DNA of 64,000 nt from Diplonema japonicum (Eukaryota; Protista; Euglenozoa: Diplonemea). Position 1 is the first letter of the stretch, and every line of letters begins with the position of its first letter. This document shows positions 1-11,937 of the stretch, one piece after another. A model generated the notes under the pieces. That model did no database searches and had not been told where the DNA came from. It saw only the letters and a list, made by a program, of their open reading frames with translations. The DNA is taken from positions 248,001-312,000 of the forward strand of contig OZ025696.1 in assembly GCA_964019335.1 (NCBI GenBank), in the 5' to 3' direction. A program made the translations under genes and the position numbers.

Positions 1-1136
1 CGCAGGGGTGCACCGGGGTTGCATGTCGAAGCCTTCCCGCCGGGCCACCGCACCTCCACCTCTACGTTGCATTTCCCGCACCCACTGAGTTCCATCCCTC
101 CGAGTAGTTCCCATTCCACCCTGTCACCGTCGCCGCTCTTGATACCTTCAGCCGAGAGCCCCCCATCCTTTACTACAAGCCGCGTTTCGCTGGTTCGCGG
201 TGGCGGTGCTGGTGTAGAAGGAGCAGGAGTGGGAGGCGCCGGTGTTGGAGGGGCAAAGGTCGGCGGGGCGGGGGTCGGTGGGGCAGGTGTTGGAGGTGCG
301 GGAGTATCAGGTGCAGGGGTAGGAGGGGCAGGGGTCGGCGGGGCGTGGGTCGGTGGGGCAGGTGTTGGAGGTGCGGGAGTGGGTGGTGCCGGTGTTGGTG
401 GTGCGGGGGTATCAGGAGCAGGAGTTGGGGGAGAAGGAGTATCAGGTGCCTGAGTGTACTTCGGTCTGCAAGTGTCCACCAACTCGTTGAGATCAGAGGT
501 GTCAGAGATAATAGCCCCATCGAGAAGGTATTCCCCAGCCCTCGCCGCCCTTGTCCCGCCACGATGCCGCTCACCAAGAATGATCCCTCCGTATGAACTA
601 TCAGCCACAATGTTCATTGCCAATGTCTTCCGCATCACCTCCAGCCCGTCTACGTAGAGGACAAGCTCTGTACCGTCGTAGGTGGCCGCCACGTGTGTCC
701 ACACATTAAGAACGAGCTTTGTGCTGGATGTGGGGTTCGTGCTGTAAGTGTAGACACCAAGGGACTCGTCAGCCTTCACCATCAGCCCAACACCGCCGCT
801 GGGGTTCGCATTCCTGTCGTCACTGCCGAAGTGGAAAAGCACACGGAACCCTGGCTGGACCATCTTTACGTAGACCCCTATGCCCCACGAGGAGGAACCA
901 AGGGGGATGCCCTTTGAAGGTTTTGGCAATGCCTTCAGCTCATTCACCCCAACGTGCAAAGAGTTGCTTCCGCACACAACGTCAGTGGACAGGTAAGTAC
1001 CCGTGAGGGCACCACCGGTGTTCCCTGCGGTCCCGGAGTCGGTCATGTCCCCATCTAAGGCGTAGTGAGTGACCACCCCACAGTCCACGACCTCTATGCA
1101 CAGGCACATCCACAGGAAGGCAACCCTGTGCCCCAT
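1..1136 (-). CDS. LamG/concanavalin-A-like domain + PTPAP stalk membrane protein, paralog A (runs off the left edge of the window)
   Basis: ATG at 1136 ([19 protein letters not shown]...) opens a frame that continues to the window edge. The LamG head is near-identical to 4256..7900. Sequence after the stalk ([10 protein letters not shown]...VEVRWPGG) is a diverged homolog. Absent from the ORF track because no stop falls inside the window. Confidence 0.85.
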   Translation of the reverse strand, partial: MGHRVAFLWMCLCIEVVDCGVVTHYALDGDMTDSGTAGNTGGALTGTYLSTDVVCGSNSLHVGVNELKALPKPSKGIPLGSSSWGIGVYVKMVQPGFRVLFHFGSDDRNANPSGGVGLMVKADESLGVYTYSTNPTSSTKLVLNVWTHVAATYDGTELVLYVDGLEVMRKTLAMNIVADSSYGGIILGERHRGGTRAARAGEYLLDGAIISDTSDLNELVDTCRPKYTQAPDTPSPPTPAPDTPAPPTPAPPTPAPPTPAPPTHAPPTPAPPTPAPDTPAPPTPAPPTPAPPTFAPPTPAPPTPAPSTPAPPPRTSETRLVVKDGGLSAEGIKSGDGDRVEWELLGGMELSGCGKCNVEVEVRWPGGKASTCNPGAPL

Positions 1137-1210
1137 ATCGTTGCTTGCCTGTTTGTTTGTGTTGATAAAAGAGCACAGTGGAGGAAAAAAGAAATGTTAT
1201 TCTTCATTAA

Positions 1211-1782
1211 CCCATGCACTCCAAGGCGCAAATATTTGTCGTTTTGAAAAACCATTTTTTTCTCAAGTACTTTTTCGTCCTCCTGACCCCTGGATCTCCA
1301 AGAACGACTATAGTAGATCTATTTTTCAACTGCATTTCATGCTGCGCTACATCACTTTACCTTGCTAAGTGGGTCCCAAAATCCGAGTAGATATGGCTAA
1401 AAACGCAAAATAACGAAACCTAACGACGCAAAATGGTTATTCCTTCGGTTTTTTAATAAGAAGCTCACAGACTTCATCCTAGAAGAGGCAAACGAGCAGA
1501 AGGACGCTGAGATTGATAATATTTCGACCCAGGACTTCTATCGCTTACTCGGATTGAGCATTGGAATGGGTCTGGCCGAAGCCCTGTACATCTGAGGAGT
1601 CCTGATGACGCCTCAATCTACGCCCCCCGTGCACGACTCAGCACCCAACGGCCCAATTCAACATTTCATCCCCTTTGTACTTTTATTAATTTCTGAACTT
1701 TTTTTTTTTAATTTTCCTGGTCCAAAAAACCCGTTTTACCTGCAAACGACCCCATCGTAGATAGGCCTCGGAGTGTTATGGA
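1211..1782 (+). mobile_element. Non-autonomous piggyBac derivative
   Basis: TTAA at 1207-1210 and 1783-1786. TIRs CCCATGCACTCCAAGGC / GCCTCGGAGTGTTATGGA. Internally deleted relative of 34270..35722. Confidence 0.85.
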
Positions 1783-1849
1783 TTAAATTAATGGGTTCCC
1801 TAAGTAGAGTTCCCACAGGGGGGGGGGGGGGGGGGGGAAGGAGGTGGGC

Positions 1850-1889
<40 letters not shown>

Positions 1890-2276
1890 AAAACAGTTGT
1901 ACCAGGCCCCCGGTTCAAAATGGGTTTTTTTCCGATAGACCTGCGATACTTTTTAGAAGAATTTGTCTTGAGCTTGAAAAGCTGCACCCTCTTCTACACT
2001 TTATCCTTCGCCTCTTTACCAAGTTCTGCCCCCGCACAAGAAATTCGCCGGTCTACGACTTATTCAAAAAGAATTGCTTAGACCGGCGATCGCCACCTTA
2101 CCGGAGGCCCTGGTTGTACGCAATCGTTATGCCTGATAAAATAAATAAATAAATAAGAACGAAACCACTGTCTTGAAACGGAAGTGAAGGAGCATGTCTC
2201 GTGTGCCTCCCTGTATGGAGAAGAGGCACATGAGGCGTAAAGCCTTTCGGAGAAAAGAAAAGAAAAAACCACAACG

Positions 2277-2321
<45 letters not shown>

Positions 2322-2659
2322 GATGCCGTTTGAAGGGAACATGCAGTACAGTGAAAGGATCGCCAGACGACAAAAAAGAAATTTGCTTGAACGGCGCCCA
2401 CCACAGTCGGTCCCAAGAGTACCATAAGGTACATGGGGCAGTCTGATGACATTGGAGTGGAGCTTTTAAAAGGAAATACGAAGGTCACAGTGTTGCTTAT
2501 TTTGAAAGCCGGTAAATGTTACTTAAATAATAGTTCAGAATCCTAAGAGCTGCAGTAGTCAGTAGGACATATTTCGCAACTCCTCCAGGTGCTGTCCTCT
2601 CCAGGCGAGAGGACCCGTTCAATGGCTCCTACTGGACCTGCGGGGAAACAAAGAAGAAG

Positions 2660-2716
<57 letters not shown>

Positions 2717-2721
<5 letters not shown>

Positions 2722-2760
2722 ACATTTCAGGGTACCTGCGGTATGTGACAGGACGCCTGA
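2717..2760 (-). repeat. Isolated 3' end of LINE family 3
   Basis: AGGGTACCTGCGGTATGTGACAGGA matches 4075-4115 and the end of the LINE fragment at 58617-58660. Confidence 0.65.
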
Positions 2761-2766
2761 AAAAAA

Positions 2767-2830
2767 AAAGAGGAACTGAGCCTGGTAAAACCTGGAGAAG
2801 TTTGTAAAACCCAAAACATGTTCGCCAAGA
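2767..2830 (-). repeat. Degenerate copy of the ~118-bp repeat C
   Basis: AAGAGGAACTG..GGTAAAACCTGGAGAAGTTTGT matches 49210-49361 and 50766-50867. Another degenerate copy at ~3687-3740. Confidence 0.7.
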
Positions 2831-2855
2831 AACATTTGGAAAAAAAAGAAGAAAT

Positions 2856-3077
2856 ATATGAGTTAAAGGAAGTCTTTGTGAGACGCCCCCTTGTTCTCAT
2901 CTTCTACCTGCACCTTCTACCTGCTTCAGCAGCGGTTTCTCCTCCTTTGGTGGTCTTGCCGGCCTTCTCCCCAGCCTGGCCGCTCTTTCTCTTCGTTCTC
3001 TTGCCCATTGTCCTTTCAACGCCTCTAGGTCATGCTTGGTCTTCGGTGATGCAAATATCGCCCTCCTGTTCCATCCG
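2856..3077 (-). mobile_element. 5'-truncated LINE family 2 (3' end)
   Basis: Near-identical to 57836-58055. Confidence 0.85.
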
Positions 3078-3224
3078 TGGAAGAAAAAAAAAAAAGTCGG
3101 AACTATCCATCAATTAGTTTTTAGTCTCAATTCAATAATATTGTTAAAACGAGAAGAAGAAAAAAAAGTATTGACATTTGAATGAAACGGACCAAAATAT
3201 TGACAATGAAATATTAGTGCTGTG

Positions 3225-3286
3225 ATAGCATTGTTGGGCTTATCCTTCTACAGGCCTGCACAAACAACAATCTACCGCCTCTTTTG
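3225..3286 (+). repeat. Short hairpin repeat G, inverted copy
   Basis: GCATTGTTGGGCTTATCCTTCTACAGG...CAAACAACAATC is the reverse complement of 12981-13050 and 32114-32187. Confidence 0.75.
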
Positions 3287-3804
3287 TTTCTTTTTTCTTT
3301 TCTTTTTAGGCTTTTGTGGCTTTGCTTAAAAGTATTAAAATCAGACAGTTAACCCTCTGGTACTACACAATTAAAGGCCGCTTTTACAAAGACCAGCCAA
3401 GAGTCAACACCACATGGGTGTTAGCTTTGTAATTATGATCACCGTACGTTTTGCCTCACGGCAGGGGAGAGGGGTCGTTTCACTCCATAAAGCGGGTTTG
3501 TCCGAAAAAGAGCAAATCCCTCTTGAGGAGGTCTTTCTACCCGATTGTGGACATTTCCTTCGTGTTCTTATTCCATCCCCCTTTTTTTTTCTACTTTTTC
3601 TTTGTGCGAATATCTTCGTACAACAAAGCAACAGGGCACAGTAGCTCAGCTCTGACCCTATTTCTTTCAAAAAAAAAAAAAAAAAAGAAGAGGAACTAGA
3701 AGTTTGCAGAAGTTTTAAAAATCCGTAAACACGTTCCCTTTTATTTTGGAATGGGGGAAAACAAAGGGGGGGGGGGGGGGGGGGATTGTATTGTACGCAA
3801 CCTG

Positions 3805-3912
3805 TGGGACCACCTCACAGACATGGCGCGCCTGGTCCCCGTTTTGAGAGGTCGGTCTGTGCCTGGGTAAGCTCGCCACAAGATATTAGGCACAGACTTC
3901 CCTGAAATGACT
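3805..3912. ncRNA. Candidate structured RNA/repeat E (two-hairpin module)
   Basis: Homologous to 12343-12482. Stems ACCTC/GAGGT and GTCTGTGCCT/AGGCACAGAC are conserved while the loops differ. Confidence 0.4.
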
Positions 3913-4074
3913 TGCTTAAGGGAGGTGTCGTAACTCACCTTGACCCGGCTAAAGGTCTTGCTGCCCCAAATAGAATAGGCAGAAAAAGATATTTCGGAAA
4001 CTTGTTGTTGTGAGGCGGAACGAAGTTCTGTGCCCGCATAAAATTGATAATGAGATCAAAAAAAAAAAAAAAAA

Positions 4075-4115
4075 AGAGACATTTAAGGGTACCTGCGGTA
4101 TGTGACAGGACGACT
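4075..4115 (-). repeat. Isolated 3' end of LINE family 3
   Basis: Matches 2717-2760 and 58617-58660. Confidence 0.65.
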
Positions 4116-4255
4116 GGGAAAAAAAAAGGTCAAAAGAGTGATGTGACGAAATGGACCGATGGAGGTTCCTGTTTTGGAACGTGAAAAAGTCCCTTCGGCC
4201 TGTGTTGCCTTCTCAACAAAGTCAATTAGACCTATTGTTAACTTTTCACCCCTTG

Positions 4256-7200
4256 TCACACCCTGACTGTTTGTATCAGAGGGTTGTGCAAGGACTCCGC
4301 ATGGCCTTGCAAGGATGACATGGCAGGGTGGGAAGCCACTTTTCTAATGTAAGGATTAGGAGGCACGGGTGCTTCATTCACAGATGCTGCTTTCGTAACC
4401 GGCCGGCCAGGTGAAAGAGGGGCCTGTGCGGGTGACGAGAGTTCCAAGGATAAGATCTCTGCCTCTTCCACTGTCTTCGTGAATGCCGTCCACGTGGGAG
4501 CGTCGTTCTTCAAGGAGTTCCCGCAGCAGAGGAGGTGGATGAGGAAGCTCCCGTTGGCTCCGATATCGGTGAAGGCGTTGTGCTCGTCGATGATGAAGAT
4601 GACGACGTCGACCAGGAACTTCAGGAGGATGAGGTACATGGCGAGGATCCCGAGGGTACCTGCCGCCGAAGCGGACCAGTGCTCCGAGGGCTTCTCCTCC
4701 CCGAGGGCGACGATGATGAAGGCGGTCATGACGAGCTCCAGCCCTGCGATTGCGGTCTCCGTCGCCGTCTCGTAAGGCGCGAGGTACGGCCGCCGTATCA
4801 CGAGCACCAGAAAGGTGAGCCCAATGATGGCGGCGATCGCCCCAGCCCGCACCTTGCACTGATGAAGGGTGGTCGGCTCCACCGCCTCCATCAACCCCAA
4901 CACCAGTGTCATCACCACCTCGAAGGTGAGGAAGTATCTGTCTGTCTGCTTGTAGGCGTCGTAGGTGAAGCGGTGCACCTCCAACCACGACTCGTCCCCG
5001 TGCGCGTCATTCCCGACCCACTCCTCCCGCCCCCAGAACACCTTCCGCAGCAACGGTTGCCTCCCTTCGCACCGAACCACCCGCGCGTGAGCCGGTGCCA
5101 TTCGCGAGTACCGCCACGTGTACAATGGGAACCCCATCCCGAACACGAGGAGCACGAACATCGCAACAACCTTGTACGACGTCGCAGAGTACAGGATCGC
5201 GGCGAAGCATGACAGCACCGCTCCCCCGTACAGGAAGGTCGCGGGGATCATGAGCCATCCAAAGTGCGCCCGAGCAAGGAGGTACGTCCACGTCAACCCG
5301 TACCGCTCCAGATGGGTCCCGTGTTCGTTCCGAAGCTCCTCTTCCCATTCCACCGCCCCTTCCTGGTTGTTGTTGTTGTTGTTGTTGTTGTTGCTCTTCT
5401 TTTTCGCCACCTCCTTCCAGTAGAAGACACCCATCGCTATCCCTCCGAGACACATGAACACGCTCTGCAGGAGGACGTTCCCCACGAGCGCCCCGTTCAC
5501 CTGCTCGTTGTGCTCGTCCCCGAACCGCAGCCCCAGAGGGTTCAGCGTCTGATCCATCTTCGTCGGCCCGTCAGAGGGACAGTACATCGTCATCGTCAGC
5601 ATCGACATCTTCACCAGCGCTCCCCCTGCGGTCGGAGACACGGGCACCACAACCGACGTAGCAAGCACTGCCGCCACCCCGACAGACGACACCGTCTTCT
5701 GCATCTCGGTGTTCGGCATCTCCGGTTGCTGCGACTGAAGCCTCACATCCACCTTGCAAAAGGAGCGCGTTGATGGTGATGATGACGGTGAAAGAGGAGG
5801 AGGAGGACACGAACAAGAAACACCATTAGCCTCCGAAGGGTTCTGGAGGCACAGCTCTTCCAAGGTCGCGTCCACAAAGAGGTCTCCTGAGAAACTTATC
5901 TTCAACGTTTCAGAGTTCGGAGAGTAGGAACGGAAGTCGCTGTTCCGAAACACCAGCGACACAGCGTCCTTGCCCCCTCCGAGCTGCGCCACGAGATCCG
6001 CGTCGCTCGTCGTCAGCTCTGCCGTCACGCTCCCGGGGTCCGCGAGCATCGTCGCTGCCAGCCCAAACTTCGACTCCGTAGGGGACCGGTCCGTCTCCAC
6101 CACCACACACGGCCCACCGTTGCACGCCAAAACCTCGTTGCTCCTGCTGTCGTTGTTGTTGTTGTTATTAATGTTGCTGTTACCGTCAGCATCGTTCAGA
6201 GCCATCCCGCCGGGCCACCTCACAAGCACCACGAGGTACCGCTCCCTCCACCGAAGAACGGTGCCCCCCACGAGGCGTGCCACCACAGTGTCCCCGCCCT
6301 CCTTCTGGATCTCCACGGACTCTATCTTCCTCTCCCCGACAATCTCCAGTCGCGTCACCCCCTTCCCTTCCACTCGGGGGACAGGGGTCGGAGGTGCCCC
6401 CGTGTCCGGGAACGGCGTCGGAGGTGCTGCTGTGTCGGGGACCCAGGTGAGGGGTGCCCCCGTGTCAGGGGAGGGGGTCGGTGGTGCAGAGGTGGACGGC
6501 GGGTCTGTTGCGGGTGCCTGCGTCGGAGGGGAAGCTGTCGGAGGTGAGGGGGTAGCGGGGGCAGGGGTGGGGGGTGCGAAGGTCGGAGGGGCGGGGGTTG
6601 GAGGGGCGGGTGTTGGAGGAGCAGGAGTGGGTGGTGCCAGTGTTGGTGGTGCCGGGGTCGGTGGGGCAACAGTTGGAGGTGCAGGAGTAGGAGGTGCAAG
6701 GGTAGGAGGAGCGGGTGTTGGTGGTGCCGGTGTTGGTGGTGCCGGTGTTGGTGGTGCCGGTGTTGGTGGTGCAGGGGTCGGGGGAGCAGGAGTTGGGGGG
6801 GCGGGTGTTGGTGGTGCAGGAGTATCAGGAGCAGGAGTTGGTGGTGCTGGTGTTGGTGGTGCCGGTGTTGGTGGTGCAGGGGTCGGGGGAGCAGGAGTTG
6901 GTGGTGCTGGTGTTGGTGGTGCCGGGGTCGGGGGAGCAAGAGTTGGTGGTGCCGGTGTTGGGGGAGCTTGTGTGGGTGGTGCCACAGTTGGAACAGCAGT
7001 CGGAGGTGCGGGAGTGGGAGGTGCCGGTGTTGGTGGTGCCGGGGTCGGGGGAGCAGGAGTTGGTGGTGCCGGTGTTGGGGGAGCTTGTGTGGGTGGTGCC
7101 ACAGTTGGAACAGCAGTCGGAGGTGCGGGAGTGGGTGGTGCCGGTGTTGGTGGTACGGGGGTATCAGGAGCAGGAGTTGGGGGAGAAGGAGTATCAGGTG

Positions 7201-7900
7201 CCTGAGTGTACTTCGGTCTGCAAGTAGCCACCAACTCGTTGAGATCAGAGGTGTCAGAGAGAACAGCCTCATCGAGAAGGTATTCCCCAGCCCTCGCCGC
7301 CCTTGTCCCGCCACGATGCCGCTCACCAAGAATGATCCCTCCGTATGAACTATCAGCCACAATGTTCATTGCCAATGTCTTCCGCATCACCTCCAGCCCG
7401 TCTACGTAGAGGACAAGCTCTGTACCGTCGTAGGTGGCCGCCACGTGTGTCCACACATTAAGAACGAGCTTTGTGCTGGATGTGGGGTTCGTGCTGTAAG
7501 TGTAGACACCAAGGGACTCGTCAGCCTTCACCATCAGCCCAACACCGCCGCTGGGGTTCGCATTCCTGTCGTCACTGCCGAAGTGGAAAAGCACACGGAA
7601 CCCTGGCTGGACCATCTTTACGTAGACCCCTATGCCCCACGAGGAGGAACCAAGGGGGATGCCCTTTGAAGGTTTTGGCAATGCCTTCAGCTCATTCACC
7701 CCAACGTGCAAAGAGTTGCTTCCGCACACAACGTCAGTGGACAGGTAAGTACCCGTGAGGGCACCACCGGTGTTCCCTGCGGTCCCGGAGTCGGTCATGT
7801 CCCCATCTAAGGCGTAGTGAGTGACCACCCCACAGTCCACGACCTCTATGCACAGGCACAGCAGCAGCACACAGAGACCTCTGTGGGCATGCCGCGTCAT
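4256..7900 (-). CDS. LamG domain + long PTPAP mucin-like stalk + multi-pass TM domain receptor-like protein, paralog B (1214 aa)
   Basis: Signal peptide; LamG_3-type motif [15 protein letters not shown]; ~275-aa Pro/Thr stalk; ~8-9 hydrophobic segments in the C-terminal half. Confidence 0.92.
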   Translation of the reverse strand: MTRHAHRGLCVLLLCLCIEVVDCGVVTHYALDGDMTDSGTAGNTGGALTGTYLSTDVVCGSNSLHVGVNELKALPKPSKGIPLGSSSWGIGVYVKMVQPGFRVLFHFGSDDRNANPSGGVGLMVKADESLGVYTYSTNPTSSTKLVLNVWTHVAATYDGTELVLYVDGLEVMRKTLAMNIVADSSYGGIILGERHRGGTRAARAGEYLLDEAVLSDTSDLNELVATCRPKYTQAPDTPSPPTPAPDTPVPPTPAPPTPAPPTAVPTVAPPTQAPPTPAPPTPAPPTPAPPTPAPPTPAPPTAVPTVAPPTQAPPTPAPPTLAPPTPAPPTPAPPTPAPPTPAPPTPAPPTPAPPTPAPDTPAPPTPAPPTPAPPTPAPPTPAPPTPAPPTPAPPTPAPPTLAPPTPAPPTVAPPTPAPPTLAPPTPAPPTPAPPTPAPPTFAPPTPAPATPSPPTASPPTQAPATDPPSTSAPPTPSPDTGAPLTWVPDTAAPPTPFPDTGAPPTPVPRVEGKGVTRLEIVGERKIESVEIQKEGGDTVVARLVGGTVLRWRERYLVVLVRWPGGMALNDADGNSNINNNNNNDSRSNEVLACNGGPCVVVETDRSPTESKFGLAATMLADPGSVTAELTTSDADLVAQLGGGKDAVSLVFRNSDFRSYSPNSETLKISFSGDLFVDATLEELCLQNPSEANGVSCSCPPPPLSPSSSPSTRSFCKVDVRLQSQQPEMPNTEMQKTVSSVGVAAVLATSVVVPVSPTAGGALVKMSMLTMTMYCPSDGPTKMDQTLNPLGLRFGDEHNEQVNGALVGNVLLQSVFMCLGGIAMGVFYWKEVAKKKSNNNNNNNNNQEGAVEWEEELRNEHGTHLERYGLTWTYLLARAHFGWLMIPATFLYGGAVLSCFAAILYSATSYKVVAMFVLLVFGMGFPLYTWRYSRMAPAHARVVRCEGRQPLLRKVFWGREEWVGNDAHGDESWLEVHRFTYDAYKQTDRYFLTFEVVMTLVLGLMEAVEPTTLHQCKVRAGAIAAIIGLTFLVLVIRRPYLAPYETATETAIAGLELVMTAFIIVALGEEKPSEHWSASAAGTLGILAMYLILLKFLVDVVIFIIDEHNAFTDIGANGSFLIHLLCCGNSLKNDAPTWTAFTKTVEEAEILSLELSSPAQAPLSPGRPVTKAASVNEAPVPPNPYIRKVASHPAMSSLQGHAESLHNPLIQTVRV
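6376..7205 (-). repeat. Coding 15-bp minisatellite (PPTPA)n
   Basis: Tandem GGTGGTGCCGGTGTT-type units. Shorter versions at ~200-453 and 18821-19308. Confidence 0.95.
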
Positions 7901-8258
7901 CTTCTAAGCCGTTCTTTTTATTTTGTTGATGCAATCTGAAGAGATATGAGTGATAGGATCAGCCAAACGACACAAATGAATATTGAACTCTGGAGAGGTG
8001 AAAGTGATTCTTCCGGCATTGCCTCAGAAAGGTGCCATCCTCTGCTGCCCATTGTTTCAAACAAAAACAGGGACACGGGGTTATGAGCGACAGTTGTCTG
8101 TCGAAGTCCCCAGGATTGATCACCTAGCCCAACGTAGACGTAGCTTACAAACTATGGCTTGTGAACCAAGGTACGATTCTGCGGCTCACTCTCTGTTATT
8201 CTGTACGATTCTGCGGCTCACTCTCCGTTATTTCTTCGATTCAATCGAGAGGAAAAAT

Positions 8259-8300
8259 ATATGTGAGCTGAAGGAAGTCTTTGCGACGCCCTCTTGTTCT
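8259..8300 (-). repeat. Degenerate LINE family 2 3' end
   Basis: GAGCTGAAGGAAGTCTTTGCGACGCCCTCTTGTTCTCA. A further degenerate copy at ~9146-9175. Confidence 0.7.
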
Positions 8301-8303
8301 CAA

Positions 8304-8335
<32 letters not shown>

Positions 8336-8371
8336 AGTAGTTTTTCTCCGCATTGGCCAAAAGAAAGATAT

Positions 8372-9127
8372 GAGCTCGTCCGGAAAAAAATGTCAACAAA
8401 TGACCCTCCTTTGCAACGGAAAATCCTCGGAAAATTTCTAAGCACAAAAGTAGTCCGACGCCACTTTGTGTGCAGAATTGCGGTCTAAGTGTGTTCACCA
8501 TATAGGTCACAATGCGCGCCGTTTGTTTCATTTCTAAAACGCGCGTGCAAAAAGATGCTTTTTAGAATGGTTTTTTTTAGTTTTGGCATCCGGAAATTGT
8601 AAATGACCCAGGCCCCATATTCTTTTTTTGTTCTTCAATGAAAAGCGAGAAGAAATGGACGCAGATGGGAAATCTGTGAAACTTAAGGGTCATTTTGGGT
8701 GGTTTGGGCTCTTTATCACCATTAAAATGGGGTGGGGAAAATACTGCCATTTTGGCCTATTTTAGGCTACAATGCCCATTATAGGCTAAAATCCCTTAAG
8801 GGCCCTTTAAAAGCAAACTTCTCAATTTTTAATTTGTCATGAGTAAGAAAAAAAAGGCGATGTTTAAGGGCAAATCCCACTTGAGGACCACCTCTTAAAT
8901 AAATGACAAACCTCAGCAGATGGGTAGAATGCATGTTTGGCCCCAAAGATACCGATGTTGAGCAGGCAGGTGTTAAGAATTGGGTTTTCAGGAAAATGGG
9001 CCTTTTAGGCCAATTCCCTTAGGAACCCCTCGAAAAAGAAAAAAATAGGGCTAAAAAAACCGGTTTTGTGGGGGCTATGCAACGCCATATATTTTTCGTT
9101 TAGTACTTTTTTTTTCGGGACGAGCTC
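8372..9127. mobile_element. Non-autonomous TIR DNA transposon (GAG termini, ATAT flanks; Sola-like candidate)
   Basis: TIRs GAGCTCGTCCGGAAAAAAA / TTTTTTTCGGGACGAGCTC, flanked by ATAT on both sides. Superfamily is an inference. Confidence 0.75.
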
Positions 9128-9553
9128 ATATACAAAATTACACTAATTAAAGGAAACGCCATCCTTATTCTCATCTACGCACGAGCGGGAAAAATAAAAA
9201 AGAGAACAAAAAACTAAACCTCATGCAGCCAAATGTTGCTGGTTCCTCTAGTCTCTCCCCTTGAGGGAACGCAGGCTGCTGCTTTACAAAAATCAGTCAA
9301 TGCATAAGTGTTAAAAAGAAAAGGGGGGGGGTGTTTTTTTTTTCTTTTTTGGTGGTTTTTTCACACTACGATAATAAGCAAATAAAGAACTCTTTTTGTT
9401 GCGAAAAAGAGTCAATAATAATTTTTAAAAAAGAAAGTTCATTGTACCCCCCCCCCCCCCCTTTTTTTTTAAGTCCACCAGTAAGCAGAATTGCTCGAAA
9501 ATCCAATTGTAGAGATCGAGAGAGTATGGAGAGAGTATCAACATGCACATGGC

Positions 9554-9587
<34 letters not shown>

Positions 9588-9681
9588 AGATTCGGCACTG
9601 TTCATTGCGTTGAAGTAAAAATTTGGGTAAGGGAGGGGGGGGTGTTTTTTTCTTTTTTCTTTTTTTTTTAAAATTCTTTGC

Positions 9682-9723
<42 letters not shown>

Positions 9724-9937
9724 TATAACTCCAGTCAGATTTTCAAGGGTGGGAGTGAATATAATATTTCACATTATTTCACGCTTCACTTTATTTTCAT
9801 TGCAGATTTCAGGCTTGTTTTAGGAAGAAAACAGGGGCAGAAATGAAAATTACTTTATGAGTGAATATAAAAGTACTTTATATTCACGCTAGCCCTATTT
9901 TCACTGCACAGCAAGGGGTCGGGGGCGAAAACACGGA

Positions 9938-10015
9938 AAAGGAATCACCTAAGTGGTTACCACACAGGCCCCTTGTTTTGGAAACCCCGGTTCGAATCTG
10001 GGAATCTCACTTTTT
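9938..10015 (+). pseudogene. Degenerate tRNA-like sequence
   Basis: A-box-like CCTAAGTGGTTA, T-arm CCCGGTTCGAATCTGGG, then TTTTT. The anticodon arm does not fold. Confidence 0.45.
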
Positions 10016-10209
10016 ACGTCACTCAAGGATCTGGTCGCCTCTCTCAACAGAAGGGGAGAGAGGTGGGCTTGGCAAGCCAGCAGCGGTGACAGCTGCTAGG
10101 GGGGCAACCTCAGCAACCCAGGCAGCAGCCCCACAGGTCCAGACCGAGGTCCCGTCAACACCCATGGACGCACAGCCCGCACCACACAGGATATGCCTTG
10201 ACAATCAAT

Positions 10210-10813
10210 ATCCTCTCGCTGCCCGCCACCCCTAAGTCAGGCGTTTCTTCCAGTGGAAGATTCCACCCAGTGGGTGTGCCCCCCATGCATTTGGGCGGTT
10301 AAAAAGCTTGGTGAAGCTTTGGTCCAGACGGACCCGGAGGTGGAGTCCTCTCCATCACCAGACCTCAGTGAGGTCCAAACCAATGCGGAGAGTCTCCGCT
10401 TGGTCTTCGCTCAGATCGCTGAGCAGCGAAATACAGGGACATCATCGACGGGGTGCTGTCGCAGAGTTGGGCCTGTGAGTTCGATTACCGGGCTTTCTTT
10501 TTCCAGTTCTCCATCCCCCTAGGCGAACGAGGCGAGCCTCCAGGAGGTTGGTGGCGCTGGGGCTGGAGTTTGACCTGGTCGCGAGCCGTTGGCGTCTCGA
10601 CCCCGCTTGGGTGCAAGGTTGATGGGCCTGCCGCTCAATTATTGGCGGAACGGAAGGCCCCGGTCAGGGCCTGGTGGAAGTTGGCGGGTATCCTGATTTG
10701 GCGCCAATACGTCACTCTGTCCCCCTTTGCCGAGTTGGCGGTGATCTTGAAGTGGATGTCACTGGTGGCGTCGCAGGGTCGTGTGGCTGGGAAACAGCTG
10801 TGGATGACTCCGG
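10210..10813 (+). mobile_element. Fragment of the DIRS/Ngaro-like retroelement
   Basis: Essentially identical to the reverse complement of ~49985-50589. Confidence 0.85.
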
Positions 10814-10898
10814 TAGCACCCCAATAAAATTTGTAACTTGTAACTTGTAACTTGTAATGCCCACCCTTTCAAATCTGACTGACGTTAAATAAAACAAC

Positions 10899-11100
10899 GG
10901 ATTTAGTGAAAATAGATCCGATTTTCACTTGTGGTGGCATGTTTAACTCGTTGATGTTACTTCACTCGCTTCGCTCGTGAAGTAGACATTCCTGACTGCA
11001 CTCGCTTCGCTCGTGAAGTCATATACCCACTCGTTAAACCACTGCCACCACGCGTGAAAATCATACGATCTTATTTTCACTAAATAAATAGTTATTTTTT
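10899..11100. mobile_element. Palindromic Crypton-like non-autonomous element
   Basis: ~200-bp imperfect inverted repeat (TTTAGTGAAAATA.../...TATTTTCACTAAA), two internal CACTCGCTTCGCTCGTG motifs, ends AAATAGTTATT. Confidence 0.55.
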
Positions 11101-11733
11101 TTAAATAGCCCTCAACAAGTGAATCACTAGGGAAAAAAAAAAAAAAAAAAAAAAAAAAAAACGCGATTTCTTTTTTCTCCTTTTTTTCTTTCCCCCCTTC
11201 AAGAAATGCAAGTACATATCTCTGTTTGGGTTTTTCTTTTTTTTTTTTTTTTTTTTTTCCACAGGGGCCCGGCTATGTTGGCAACGGGGAAACGTTTCCG
11301 TTTCCGTTTTTGCTTCCATAAAACGCGTTTTTCCTTTGTAAGGAGACGAGTGTGTATATTTCGGTAAACACTGGCAAATCACTCGGAGGAAATAAATTAT
11401 TTAAAGAGAAAGAAGAATGCCTGTTCGTGTGGTGTGGATGGGCCGTTATGCGTAGATCCAACGGCTCCTTCGCGGGGCGTTTCCTTAAAAAACCTTCAAA
11501 AAACAGCGGGGGGAGCGTCACTTTCCACAACAAGAACAAACATTTTAGAAAACGGCGCTCCCCCCGTTCCCAAACAACAATGAAAAGTTCTGCCTGTTAA
11601 GCAGAAATCTTATGAGAGGGATGAGATGGATAATGGGTGGAGGAAGTCAGAAAAAAAAAAAGAAAAGAAAAAAAAAGACACATTTTTCACAGTTTCCCCT
11701 CGGATAAAGACGATTTATGATCATGATTACCAG

Positions 11734-11777
<44 letters not shown>

Positions 11778-11884
11778 ATTCTACAACAGGGCGACACAAG
11801 CAACACAAACAACACTAAGTTTCTTTCTTTTTTCTGTTTTTGTTTTTTTTGTTTTATTTTCGCTATCATGGCGGTGACAAGACC

Positions 11885-11937
<53 letters not shown>

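Noticed and set aside
1736-2835. Many poly-K/poly-F ORFs here and in other spacers
   Set aside because: They arise from stop-free homopolymer tracts and show no coding signal.
5970-7205. Plus-strand GAGVG-repeat ORFs (also 19-453 and 18415-19308)
   Set aside because: Antisense shadows of the PTPAP stalk.
8171-8232. 32-bp tandem duplication; also an 11-mer triplet at 41100-41130
   Set aside because: Consistent with ordinary local slippage; no further structure.
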